DNA from: Candidatus Helarchaeota ASGARD archaeon Hel_GB_B
GTDB taxonomy: Archaea; Asgardarchaeota; Lokiarchaeia; Helarchaeales; HEL-GB-B
Direction: 5' to 3'
NCBI GenBank assembly: GCA_005191425.1
Contig: SUPR01000003.1
Span: 30,001 to 62,000 of the forward strand
Length of the DNA stretch: 32,000 bases
Both the position numbers and the translations under genes were made by a program. The notes under the pieces were generated by a model, which did no database searches, was not told where the DNA came from, and was given only the letters and a program-made list of their open reading frames with translations. Position 1 is the first letter of the stretch; each line of letters begins with the position of its first letter. This document shows positions 10,365-19,968 of this stretch, piece by piece.

Positions 10365-11738
10365 CTAGTCTATACTGATCGTATCAACAATTATAACATC
10401 TAATTCTAAGACATTACATTCAATATTCCCTAAACTCTCACTAACACTTGGGCGGGTTCTTCCATTGTCTCCAGAAATTAACTCTTTGATATAAGTACCT
10501 CCTTGAGATGTAATAATTGCAATAAACCCATAATCTGTAATTTCATCAATTTTAAATGAGTAAATTCTTTTTTTCCGAATTTTATTAACGCGTCTATGTA
10601 AAACTCGAAGTGGAGTCCTCTGTTCAATGATCACATTGGAAAATTTTTTTTCTAATTCATAAATTTGCTCGGGGTCTACTTTAGATTTAATTTCAATTTT
10701 AGCTCTATATGTTTTATTAACTAATTGAGAATTAGCTTTGATTTTTCTGACTCTATATTTATCAGAAAATTCTAAGTCTTTAATTATAATTTTATTTTCG
10801 GCGTATTCATTGACAACTTTTTCTACTTTTTTAAGGTCTATGAAACGTTTTTTAGGGGCTCTAATTTCTATAACAAATGGTCTACCTGTTCCTAGCATTA
10901 AAGCGTCAATATCTTCTCTACCTGCACCATGAAACTTAGCATCTGTGCCCTCACATATTTCAATTACTTTTTTTGTAATTAATTCTTCTATTGAAGTTTC
11001 ATATTTATAGCCTTTATAATTACATTCTTCACAACCTAGACCGTTACAATTTTTACAAATCCAATGTGTCTGTGGAATTCCTCGTATTAACTTTAAATAT
11101 CTTCCATATATAAATAATGGATTGATATTTAGTTCTATTTCGTCTTTAATAGTATTAACTACAGCTACTACTTCCGGATTATTAAATTCAACGAATTTTC
11201 CTTTTAAACCTTTTAAAACAATTTTTCCTACTTCTCTATTAAATTCTCCTTTAATAGTTTCTCCCCATTTTAATTGATATTTTGCTCTTAGCCTATCTTC
11301 ATTTTCGATTATTTCAGAGTTAAATTTACTACCAACTAAAAAATTATTAAATTGAACGGTTTCTAATTTTTCCTTAACCTTATCTGCATAATATGGGATC
11401 TTATTCATTATTCCTTTACAGATAGTACACCCCTTTTTAATTTCAATATTTATCCCAAATTTCTCAAGGGTTGTAACCGCGGGCTGAAACATTCCATTTT
11501 CTGCAATTTTCTTTATAATATCTATATTTTCATCTTGATCGCCTATATTATTTAGAATTTTACTATGCGTTTCCATTAAAAGATAAGATTTTAGTGATAG
11601 CCCTCTATCATAATTTGTAATCTTTCCACCTGTAATTAAAAGCGCAAATTGTCTACCAAGACAATTATTACATATAATGTTTTCTTGTAAAATCTTTTTA
11701 ACTGTTTCTATAATCATTAGGTGCACCAAATTATCCAA
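10365..11738 (-). CDS. pus10: tRNA pseudouridine(54/55) synthase Pus10
   Basis: N-terminal CxxCLGRQF, THUMP-like region, GRYLKL.RGIPQT, catalytic HGAGREDIDA and GGTYIKELISGD.GRT. The start may be the Met at codon 8. Confidence 0.96.
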   Translation of the reverse strand: MDNLVHLMIIETVKKILQENIICNNCLGRQFALLITGGKITNYDRGLSLKSYLLMETHSKILNNIGDQDENIDIIKKIAENGMFQPAVTTLEKFGINIEIKKGCTICKGIMNKIPYYADKVKEKLETVQFNNFLVGSKFNSEIIENEDRLRAKYQLKWGETIKGEFNREVGKIVLKGLKGKFVEFNNPEVVAVVNTIKDEIELNINPLFIYGRYLKLIRGIPQTHWICKNCNGLGCEECNYKGYKYETSIEELITKKVIEICEGTDAKFHGAGREDIDALMLGTGRPFVIEIRAPKKRFIDLKKVEKVVNEYAENKIIIKDLEFSDKYRVRKIKANSQLVNKTYRAKIEIKSKVDPEQIYELEKKFSNVIIEQRTPLRVLHRRVNKIRKKRIYSFKIDEITDYGFIAIITSQGGTYIKELISGDNGRTRPSVSESLGNIECNVLELDVIIVDTISID

Positions 11739-12054
11739 ATTTCGAAAATCCTTTTTGAAATTTATTTTTTACTATAACCTTTTAATTTTTTTTTATAAAT
11801 TTTATTATATTATTTTTGTTTAGAATCCAAAATTTATAAAACTAGGGAACTTTTATCTACATTGATTATTTTTCCAAAATCTATTTTTCATATTAGGAAT
11901 AGTTTATAATTTTTATAACATATTGAATTATTGTAAATTTTATTATTGAAAAAATAAGATAATAAAAATCTTTAAAAATATTGATTATTTTAAAAATGAT
12001 TAATACATAAATCAATCAATTTAATTTTTTAAAATTTATTTTTGTGAGATTAAA

Positions 12055-12627
12055 GTGATTAAAGAACTTATTAAAAATGTTAAAAATTTACTAAAAGAAC
12101 GTGGATTTGAGAATATTAAATCTGAAGAATCTTCAGATAAAGGCAAAATAATAATTAGGGCCGAATATAATCCATCTAAAAGCAGTAAACCAGAAAGTGT
12201 AATGGTCTATGTTTGGGACCCCGAAGAATCTGTCGGAGTTCAAGATGCAAGGGAAATCGTTAAAATATTTAAAAACACAAAAATAAAAAGACGATTTCTT
12301 GTTGGAGGTTCAAAATTCACTAGGATGGCTAGGATGCACTTAGAAGAAAATAAAGTGGAATATATTCCAACTGAATTAGTAATGTTAAATGTGTTAGAAC
12401 ATGAATTGGTCCCAAAACACAGAATTTTAGATAAAGAAGAGGCTGAAAAGTTATTATCAAAGCTAAAAATAGACAAATCTCAATTACCAAGTATTCTAGT
12501 TAATGATCCTGTTGCAAAAATAATTGGTGCGCGTGAAGGCGATATTATAGAAATAATTAGAGAAAGTAAAACTGCTGGAACATCAATAGCTTACAGACAT
12601 GTGATAAGAAATATAGAAGGAATTTAG
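12055..12627 (+). CDS. rpo5: RNA polymerase subunit Rpo5/Rpb5, full-length two-domain eukaryote-type form (190 aa)
   Basis: C-terminal HELVPKHRIL...QLP.I...DPVA...GA..GD.I.I.R.S.TAG...AYR.V (RpoH signature) preceded by ~110 aa matching the Rpb5 N-terminal jaw domain pattern (LLKERGF, ESVGVQD, RFLVGG.KFT..AR). Confidence 0.93.
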   Translation: MIKELIKNVKNLLKERGFENIKSEESSDKGKIIIRAEYNPSKSSKPESVMVYVWDPEESVGVQDAREIVKIFKNTKIKRRFLVGGSKFTRMARMHLEENKVEYIPTELVMLNVLEHELVPKHRILDKEEAEKLLSKLKIDKSQLPSILVNDPVAKIIGAREGDIIEIIRESKTAGTSIAYRHVIRNIEGI

Positions 12628-12672
12628 ACCTGGATATAATAAAATAAAATTATTTTTAATTTATTTATATTT

Positions 12673-13554
12673 TTATTTAAATTCGTCTGCTATTAATGGC
12701 GCTACACTAACTTTAGAGCATTCATTGGGTATTGTATCTGTCCCTATAACTTCTTTGGCGCCAGTTTTGTAAAGTTTAAGTTTTGAATTACCAATAAGTA
12801 AAGTGTGAGTAGCACAAATATAAATATCTAAAGCACCTTGTGACTTTAAAATCTCGATTGCTTTGACCATAGTACCACCAGTAGAAATAATATCATCAAT
12901 TATTATTATATTTTTATTTTTTACATTTAAATCTTTTATTTTAGTCGTAACTTCACCGGTTGTCAAATCTCTAACTTTTTCTAAATATGAAAAATTACAA
13001 TTTAAAATATCTGCAATAATCTTAGCTCTTGGAGTCGCTGATTTATCAGGTGCGAGACAAAATACATTCTCAATCTTCATTTTTCTAAAGTAATCTCCAA
13101 ATAACTTCATAGCGCTTATACTTTTTGCATTTCCATCAAAAAAATCGAGAATAATTTCTGAATGTATGTCCAATGTTAACACCTTTTTTAGTAGATTTCC
13201 GCAGATACTTTTAATAACTGTTGCAATTACTTTTGCACTCAATGCTTCTCCTACTTTAAATCTCTTATCTTGTCTGCTATAGGCAAAATAAGGGATGACT
13301 ATAGAAATACTTTTAGGTTTTAACTCCTTTAAAGCATCTAAGATTAAAAATAGTTGAATAATACGCTGATTCTGGTCAGGAAAAGTTGTCTGAATGACTA
13401 ATACATCTTCATCTTTTACTTCGCCATCAATTTTTATATATTCTTCTCCGTCTGGAAATTTTTTAAAAAAAACATCAACAATTTTTGAATTTTTAATTAA
13501 ATTCGCCACTTTTACTCCAAGAATTTGAGATGCTGGTCCTGGTATTACAATCAT
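12673..13554 (-). CDS. prs: Ribose-phosphate pyrophosphokinase
   Basis: FPDGE, IPYFAYSRQDK, LDIHS and the PRPP-binding motif IIDDIISTGGT. Confidence 0.96.
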   Translation of the reverse strand: MIVIPGPASQILGVKVANLIKNSKIVDVFFKKFPDGEEYIKIDGEVKDEDVLVIQTTFPDQNQRIIQLFLILDALKELKPKSISIVIPYFAYSRQDKRFKVGEALSAKVIATVIKSICGNLLKKVLTLDIHSEIILDFFDGNAKSISAMKLFGDYFRKMKIENVFCLAPDKSATPRAKIIADILNCNFSYLEKVRDLTTGEVTTKIKDLNVKNKNIIIIDDIISTGGTMVKAIEILKSQGALDIYICATHTLLIGNSKLKLYKTGAKEVIGTDTIPNECSKVSVAPLIADEFK

Positions 13555-13693
13555 TTTATCTCATACTCATATGTTTTTTTTAATATTACCCAATTCTATT
13601 GAACTAATAATCTTATTTATAAATTTAATATTTATATTTACTTTAAAATATTTCAATCTTGAATACAATCAATCAAAATTTGATGTTAACTTA

Positions 13694-14089
13694 TTATTTT
13701 ATTTTACCTAAAAATAACCGAGAAAGTTCTTTGAGAAAATTTTTTGCGCGATCTCTAATATTTTTCATTACTGTCTGATAAAATTCTTCTATCTGCTTAA
13801 AAAACAGATTTATGAGCTCTTCTATTTCCATTACCATTATTGCTTCAGGATCTCCATAGTATTTTGAGAAAATATCTTGGTCTTTAATTCCATATTGAAG
13901 CATAAAATCATATTTTCGCCTTTTATCTGGGTCCTTTAAAATACCATACGCGACATTAATTTGTTTAAACATTTCTTCTCCCGATGGATTTTTATCTGGA
14001 TGATATTTAAATGCAAGTTTTCTGTAAGCAATTTTAATTTCTTCAATAGTCGCATTTTTAGGGACACCAAGAATTTCATAAAGATCCAT
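13694..14089 (-). CDS. Small J-domain protein (class C DnaJ, 131 aa)
   Basis: [11 protein letters not shown]...EIK.AYRKLA.KYHPDKN...FKQIN.AY.IL.D..KR..YD. No G/F region, zinc finger or substrate-binding domain. Confidence 0.92.
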   Translation of the reverse strand: MDLYEILGVPKNATIEEIKIAYRKLAFKYHPDKNPSGEEMFKQINVAYGILKDPDKRRKYDFMLQYGIKDQDIFSKYYGDPEAIMVMEIEELINLFFKQIEEFYQTVMKNIRDRAKNFLKELSRLFLGKIK

Positions 14090-14213
14090 AAAATCAATTC
14101 CGTTTAATTAATCATTTTGTAATTTTAGAAGTTTATCAATAAAAACATTTTTTTAACTATATTTGTTAAATTCAAAATGAATAATAAATATAATGTAACA
14201 TGAGGATTTGTAG

Positions 14214-14765
14214 ATGTCCGAGATTTTTTTTGCTAAATATTATAAGTTTTATCGGTATAGAAAAGAATTGAAGGAAATTGATTCTAAATTTACAGTACCT
14301 AATGGATTTAAAATTAAAGAACTGAATCCGAATGAAGATTATGAAAAATTTAAATCAGCATGGCTAAAAATTTATTCCAAAATTCTACCTGAACCTTATA
14401 TTAAATTCAAAAAAGAAGATCTTCTAAAATATCCAAAGACTTTTGTTCTCGAAAATTCAAATGATGAAATAGTCGGTTTTATTGTCTGTTATATAAAGGA
14501 AAAAGAAAAAATGGGTAAAATTCTTAGAATTGGAGTGCAAGAAAATTACAGAAAAAAAGGATTTGGTCTATTATTATATCACAAAGGTTGCGAGTACTTC
14601 CTTCAAAACAAAATTACTAATATTTATTTTGATGTTTATGAAGACGACCTTGGATTATCTAAGCTTGCAAAAAAGGCTGGCTTTGAAAAAGAAGAAGAAT
14701 TCTTTATAACAATCGATGACCCAGTTGAAAATTTTATAAATTTAAGTACCATAATGTCATTATAA
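14214..14765 (+). CDS. GNAT family N-acetyltransferase
   Basis: Acetyl-CoA motif A (IGVQENYRKKGFG) and motif B-like ..KKAGF.. Confidence 0.85.
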   Translation: MSEIFFAKYYKFYRYRKELKEIDSKFTVPNGFKIKELNPNEDYEKFKSAWLKIYSKILPEPYIKFKKEDLLKYPKTFVLENSNDEIVGFIVCYIKEKEKMGKILRIGVQENYRKKGFGLLLYHKGCEYFLQNKITNIYFDVYEDDLGLSKLAKKAGFEKEEEFFITIDDPVENFINLSTIMSL

Positions 14766-14771
14766 AGGTCG

Positions 14772-15548
14772 ATGGATTTGAAAATAGTCTTCCATAAAAA
14801 ATTTTTTAATGTCTATACAAATGATCCAGCAGCAAAATCTGGAAGATTGGAACCAATTATAAAAGAATTAAAAAGGCACCCTTCTGAATATGAAATTATC
14901 GAGCCAAAACCTGCTACTAAGGAAGATATTCTTCGCGCTCATACATTAGGACATTACAATGACATTAAAACAACTGATAATATTCTTGACTATGCACTGC
15001 TCGCAGCTGGTGGTGCAATAGCCGCTGCTGAACTTGCTTATGAAAATTACCCTACATTTGCTGTAATTAGACCTCCTGGGCACCATGCTTCATCAGATAG
15101 TTGTTGGGGCTTTTGTTGGTTTAATAATATGTCTATTTCTCTCTTAAAATTACATTCAGAAAATAAAATCAAATCTGCTTTTATATTAGATTTTGATATG
15201 CATTTCGGAGATGGGAATGTCAATATTCTTAGAGAGAATAAGCATCTAATAAAAACTGAAATTCTCAATCCAATAAGTCAAACCGAACAAGATTATCTGG
15301 AAGAAATAAATAATGCCTTTAACAACGCTGGAAAATATGATATCCTAGCAGCATCTGCAGGATTTGATGAGTATATTAAAGATTGGGGCGGAAAATTAAG
15401 TACTAATGCATACAATCAAATTGGGAAGCTAATGAAAGATTTTGCAGAAGATAAATGTAATGGTAAAAGATTTGGGATATTAGAAGGTGGATATTATACA
15501 AAAGATCTTGGAATAAATGTTAATTCTTTTTGTCAAGGTTTTAAATGA
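14772..15548 (+). CDS. Zn-dependent histone-deacetylase-family (AcuC/APAH-like) deacetylase
   Basis: RPPGHHA, GFCWFNN, DFDMHFGDG, SAGFD and LEGGY. Starts 6 nt after the GNAT stop. Confidence 0.93.
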   Translation: MDLKIVFHKKFFNVYTNDPAAKSGRLEPIIKELKRHPSEYEIIEPKPATKEDILRAHTLGHYNDIKTTDNILDYALLAAGGAIAAAELAYENYPTFAVIRPPGHHASSDSCWGFCWFNNMSISLLKLHSENKIKSAFILDFDMHFGDGNVNILRENKHLIKTEILNPISQTEQDYLEEINNAFNNAGKYDILAASAGFDEYIKDWGGKLSTNAYNQIGKLMKDFAEDKCNGKRFGILEGGYYTKDLGINVNSFCQGFK

Positions 15549-15733
15549 TAAAAAAAATCATTGAATATAAAATTACTTTTTTTTATTTTACTCAATTTTT
15601 CTAATAATTTTAAATTAAAAAATTAAATTCTAAAAAATATATAAATGTAAAATTTTAAAAATCAATTAAAATATAGATAAACAATGAATTTAACTAATAT
15701 GGTCAATATATATCGGATTGTGAAGGATTTAAA

Positions 15734-16432
15734 ATGGATTTTAATGATGAATATATCGAAATAATTAATGATTTTATTAAAAAATTAAATAATGATTATA
15801 ATAAAAAAAATCTTTCAAAATATAAGGAAGATTTTGAAGAATTAAAAAATATTATAGAAACTTACCCAGGAAAAATCTCTATTTTATATCCATATTTAAA
15901 TAATATTTTCCAATTTGCATATGCAAATTACCAAAATAATCCATCAGAATTTAATTCAAAGATTTTGAGTATATGTGGATCATATATTGGCGAAATATTT
16001 GAATTTTGGAAGGATTATAAATCAGCAATTCATGCTTATTCTTATAGTTTTTTTGTTGATGGCGAATTACAATCAATTTCTAAATTAATATCCGTTCAGA
16101 TATTCCAGTTAATATTAAATAATCGACAATTAGGAGACGAAATTTATCATATAATTTCTGAATTATCTAATGAATTAAAAAATTCAAAATTACATAAAAA
16201 CTGCTATATTAATGGAAATAAAATCACTAATGATGAAGCAATGGAGATAATAAATTTATACACAAAATTATCAAAATTTATATTAGAGCGAGCTAATTAT
16301 AATTTAACTAATGAAGACAAAAAGTTTTTTACTAATAGAATAAAGTTTTTTCAAAAAGAATTAATGCTAAAAGGGATAAAAATGTACAATATAATGAAAA
16401 ATATCGACAATTTATTAAATAAATTTGAATAA
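15734..16432 (+). CDS. Hypothetical alpha-helical protein (232 aa), possibly with one TPR-like hairpin
   Basis: Long ATG ORF in very AT-rich DNA. YIGEIFEFWKDYKSAIHAYSYSF resembles a TPR. No family recognised. Confidence 0.65.
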   Translation: MDFNDEYIEIINDFIKKLNNDYNKKNLSKYKEDFEELKNIIETYPGKISILYPYLNNIFQFAYANYQNNPSEFNSKILSICGSYIGEIFEFWKDYKSAIHAYSYSFFVDGELQSISKLISVQIFQLILNNRQLGDEIYHIISELSNELKNSKLHKNCYINGNKITNDEAMEIINLYTKLSKFILERANYNLTNEDKKFFTNRIKFFQKELMLKGIKMYNIMKNIDNLLNKFE

Positions 16433-16531
16433 CTTCTTTTTATTATTTGAATAAATATTTTAATGAAAAAACTTAATTTATTATTAATTTTTATAATTAT
16501 AAAATATGAAATAAAAATGAATGTGAATAAA

Positions 16532-16771
16532 ATGGCTAATAAAAATTCTGGGACCAAATATGTTGATATTTCAATTCCGGCACCATTAGCAGAGAAAATT
16601 AAAAAGCGAATGGAAGGTACTGGTTTTACTTCAATCTCAAGTTATGTGGTTTATATTTTAAGAGAAGTATTGTCCAGTATTGAAGCTGAAGAGCAAGAAA
16701 GGGAAGCTTTTAGTAAAGAAGAAGAGAAAAAAGTTAAAGAAAGATTACGAAATCTCGGATATATTGATTAA
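16532..16771 (+). CDS. CopG/ribbon-helix-helix protein with an acidic C-terminal helix
   Basis: YVDISIPAPLAEKIKKR...GFTSISSYVVYILREVL (RHH pattern) and tail EEEKKVKERLRNLGYID. I moved the start from the track's 16463 to the ATG at 16532 because the extra N-terminal residues look like translated AT-rich intergenic DNA. Confidence 0.85.
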   Translation: MANKNSGTKYVDISIPAPLAEKIKKRMEGTGFTSISSYVVYILREVLSSIEAEEQEREAFSKEEEKKVKERLRNLGYID

Positions 16772-16792
16772 ATAAATAATAGAGGCTTTTTA

Positions 16793-17941
16793 ATGATCGC
16801 ACCTCATGGTGGAAGATTAATAAATCGAATTTTAGGTAAAAAAGTTTGTAAAGGATTAGAAACTCAAAAGGATGAATTTCCAAAACTCGTGTTAAATGAA
16901 GATAGAATAAAAGAAGTAAGAAACATTGCAAATGGTGTATTTAGTCCATTAGAAGGTTTTTTAACCCAAAATGATTTTTTATCAGTATTAGAATATGGTC
17001 GCTTATCTTCTGATGTTCCTTGGACAATTCCTATTGTTTTAGACATTGATATTGAGAAAAATGACAAATTTTCAGCCGGAGACGAGGTATTATTAATTGA
17101 CAAAGATGAAAAAATAATTGCTATTTTAGAATGCGAGGAATTATATCAATATGACAAAAAAAAGATGGCAGAAAGTGTGTTTGGAACTAACGATTTAGAC
17201 CACCCAGGAGTACGCCAAGTCTATTCCATGAACGATTATTTAATAGGTGGAAAGGTTTCAATGATAGAATGTACACCTACTGTTTTTCCGCAATTAAATT
17301 TAACACCAAAAGAAACACGCGTCCTTTTTAAGGCGAAGGGATGGAAGAAAGTTGTAGCATTTCAAACTAGAAATCCACCCCACATAGGGCATGAATATGT
17401 ACAAAAAACAGCATTAACATTTATGGACGGAATTTTTATTAATCCAGTGGTCGGAAACAAAAAGCCGGGCGATTTTAAGGACGAAATTATAATTGCATGC
17501 TATCAAGAACTAATTAAACAATATTATTTAAAAAATTCTGCGGTATTATCTATTTTTGAGACGCCTATGCGATATGCTGGACCAAAAGAGGCAATATATC
17601 ATGCAATTGCTCGAAAAAATTTTGGGTGCACTCATATAATTATTGGTAGAGATCATGCTGGAGTAGGCAATTATTATGGCTCTTATGACGCCCATAAAAT
17701 ATTTGATGAATACCCTGATCTAAAAATTGAGCCTCTTTTTTTCAGGTCATTTTTTAGGTGTACCAAATGTGGTACAGTTGTAAATGAAAAAATCTGTCCC
17801 CATGATGAGAAATTTCACATAAATTTTAGTGGTACCAAAATACGTAAAATGATCCAAAATAAAGTACTTATTCCAAATGACTTGATGAGACCTGAAATTG
17901 CAAAAATAATTTTAAATACAAAGAATCCCTTTGTTGAATAA
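16793..17941 (+). CDS. sat: Sulfate adenylyltransferase (ATP sulfurylase)
   Basis: PHGG.L, SPLEGF, HPGV, AFQTRNPPHIGHEY, MRYAGPKEA, H.IIGRDHAGVG and Zn site C..C...CPH. Confidence 0.97.
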   Translation: MIAPHGGRLINRILGKKVCKGLETQKDEFPKLVLNEDRIKEVRNIANGVFSPLEGFLTQNDFLSVLEYGRLSSDVPWTIPIVLDIDIEKNDKFSAGDEVLLIDKDEKIIAILECEELYQYDKKKMAESVFGTNDLDHPGVRQVYSMNDYLIGGKVSMIECTPTVFPQLNLTPKETRVLFKAKGWKKVVAFQTRNPPHIGHEYVQKTALTFMDGIFINPVVGNKKPGDFKDEIIIACYQELIKQYYLKNSAVLSIFETPMRYAGPKEAIYHAIARKNFGCTHIIIGRDHAGVGNYYGSYDAHKIFDEYPDLKIEPLFFRSFFRCTKCGTVVNEKICPHDEKFHINFSGTKIRKMIQNKVLIPNDLMRPEIAKIILNTKNPFVE

Positions 17942-17959
17942 ATAATTGGAGAACAAATA

Positions 17960-19357
17960 ATGTCTAATAAACTTATTGTTATTGGTTTAGATTGTGCTGT
18001 CCCTGATTTAGTTTTCAATAAATTCATTAATGACCTACCAAATTTAAGATATTTAATTGACCATGGCATTTCAGCTCCTATGCGGTCGTCTGACCCACCA
18101 ATTACTATTCCTGCATGGTTGATTATGTGTACTGGTGTTGATGCAGGATTTCTTGGACTTTATGGTTTTAGACATCGTTTAAATAATTCATATACAGACA
18201 TCTGGATAGCTAATACTCAAAAGGTAAAAATGCAGAAGGTATGGGATATTTTAGGCGACTTCGGATTAAAAAGCTGTCTAATAGGTATTCCCCCATCTTA
18301 TCCAATTAAAAGAAATGAAGGATGGACAATTTCTTGTTTTATTACCCCCGATACAACAAAGCAATATACTCATCCAAAAGAGTTGAAACAAGAAATTGAA
18401 GCATTAGTCGGCGAATATATGTTCGACGTTGAATTCAGGACTGATTTAAAGGACAAATTGATAAAAGGCTTATTTGAAATGACTAAAAGGAGACATAAGG
18501 TGATCAAATATCTTTTAAAAGAAAAACCTTGGGACTTTTTCATGTTTGTGGAGATAGGACTTGATAGAGTTCAACACGCGTTTTGGAAATTTTTTGACGA
18601 AAAACACATTAGACATAAACCTGGTAAATATTCTAAAGTAATTCCGGACTATTATCGCCTGTTGGACAAACAAATAGGTGAAATTCTTGATTTAATAGAT
18701 GATGATACAAAAGTTTTAGTAGTATCCGACCATGGTGGAAAAGCAATGAGTGGGTGCTTCTGTATAAATGAATGGTTGATAAAAGAAGGCTACTTAGTAC
18801 TAAGAAATTACCCACAGAAAATGACCCGTCTCGAAGAATGTGATATTGATTGGAGTAAGACTAAAGCTTGGGGCTGGGGCGGATATTATGCAAGGATATT
18901 TTTCAACGTTAAAGGTAGAGAGCCACAAGGTATTATTGATCCGGAAAATCTAGAGCAAGAAAAAATGGAATTGATTGAAAAAATTATGCAGATAAAAGAC
19001 CCTAATGGTCGAATAATGAAAAATAAAGTCTACGAGCCTAAAGATTTATACAAAATAGTTAAGGGCGATCCTCCCGACCTAATGGTCTATTTTGATGATT
19101 TATATTGGCGTTCCGCTGGGACTATTGGTCATAATAAATTATTTTTAGAAGAAAATGATACTGGACCCGATGACTTAGTCCATGATTATTATGGAATTTT
19201 TATCCTATATGACCCCAAAATTAAGAAAAAAATACGTCTCGATAATGTTTCAATATTTGATATATCTCCTACAATCTTAAATATCTTTGATTTAGATGTC
19301 CCCGGATACATGAAGGGAAACATAATAGGTTATGGGAAAAATAATGGTCAAGTATAA
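17960..19357 (+). CDS. Alkaline-phosphatase-superfamily (nucleotide pyrophosphatase/phosphodiesterase-like) enzyme
   Basis: VIGLDC metal site, PPITIPAW (Thr nucleophile position), DRVQHAFW, VVSDHG and final SIFDISPTIL. Confidence 0.9.
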   Translation: MSNKLIVIGLDCAVPDLVFNKFINDLPNLRYLIDHGISAPMRSSDPPITIPAWLIMCTGVDAGFLGLYGFRHRLNNSYTDIWIANTQKVKMQKVWDILGDFGLKSCLIGIPPSYPIKRNEGWTISCFITPDTTKQYTHPKELKQEIEALVGEYMFDVEFRTDLKDKLIKGLFEMTKRRHKVIKYLLKEKPWDFFMFVEIGLDRVQHAFWKFFDEKHIRHKPGKYSKVIPDYYRLLDKQIGEILDLIDDDTKVLVVSDHGGKAMSGCFCINEWLIKEGYLVLRNYPQKMTRLEECDIDWSKTKAWGWGGYYARIFFNVKGREPQGIIDPENLEQEKMELIEKIMQIKDPNGRIMKNKVYEPKDLYKIVKGDPPDLMVYFDDLYWRSAGTIGHNKLFLEENDTGPDDLVHDYYGIFILYDPKIKKKIRLDNVSIFDISPTILNIFDLDVPGYMKGNIIGYGKNNGQV

Positions 19358-19883
19358 AGGAGTTACCGTCTGGTTTACTGGACTATCTGGGTCTGGAAAG
19401 TCTACAATTGCGGACTCTTTAAAGGAAAAACTTAAATCTATGGGAATTAAAAGGGTTGAAAGAATTGACGGCGATGTTCTTAGAAAAACTTTATGCAAAG
19501 ATCTTGGCTTTACAAAAGAAGACCGCAATACGAACATTGAAAGAGTTATTTTTATTGCTAAATTATTGACTAGAAATGATGTTATTGTATTAACAAGCTT
19601 TATTTCTCCTTATAGAAAATTGAGAAATATTGGAAAAAAGGAAATCAAAAATTTCATCGAAGTTTACGTGAAGTGCCCTTTAGAAGAATGTATTAAACGC
19701 GACCCAAAAGGACTATATAAAAAGGCATTAAACAATGAGATCCAAAATTTTACTGGGATATCTGACCCCTATGAAGAACCAAAAAATCCAGACCTAATTT
19801 TATATACTGATAAAGAAACCGTTGATGAAAGCGTACAAAAAGTTCTCAACATAATCATAGAAAAAGGTTATATCGAAATTTAA
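19332..19883 (+). CDS. cysC: Adenylyl-sulfate (APS) kinase
   Basis: VWFTGLSGSGKST P-loop, DGD.LR, LGF..EDR..NI.R, FISPY, RDPKGLYKKA and FTGISDPYEEP. Overlaps the upstream gene; alternative ATG at 19344. Confidence 0.97.
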   Translation: MGKIMVKYKGVTVWFTGLSGSGKSTIADSLKEKLKSMGIKRVERIDGDVLRKTLCKDLGFTKEDRNTNIERVIFIAKLLTRNDVIVLTSFISPYRKLRNIGKKEIKNFIEVYVKCPLEECIKRDPKGLYKKALNNEIQNFTGISDPYEEPKNPDLILYTDKETVDESVQKVLNIIIEKGYIEI

Positions 19884-19968
19884 TATAAAATTTATTCAAT
19901 AAAGCAAAAATAATTTATTTGAAGCTATGTAATTTGTAATATCTTTTATTATATTTTAAAAAATAAAT

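Noticed and set aside
16463-16531. N-terminal hydrophobic extension of the RHH protein (possible signal or TM segment)
   Set aside because: It is translated AT-rich intergenic DNA (KKLNLLLIFIIIK); the RHH fold begins after the ATG at 16532.
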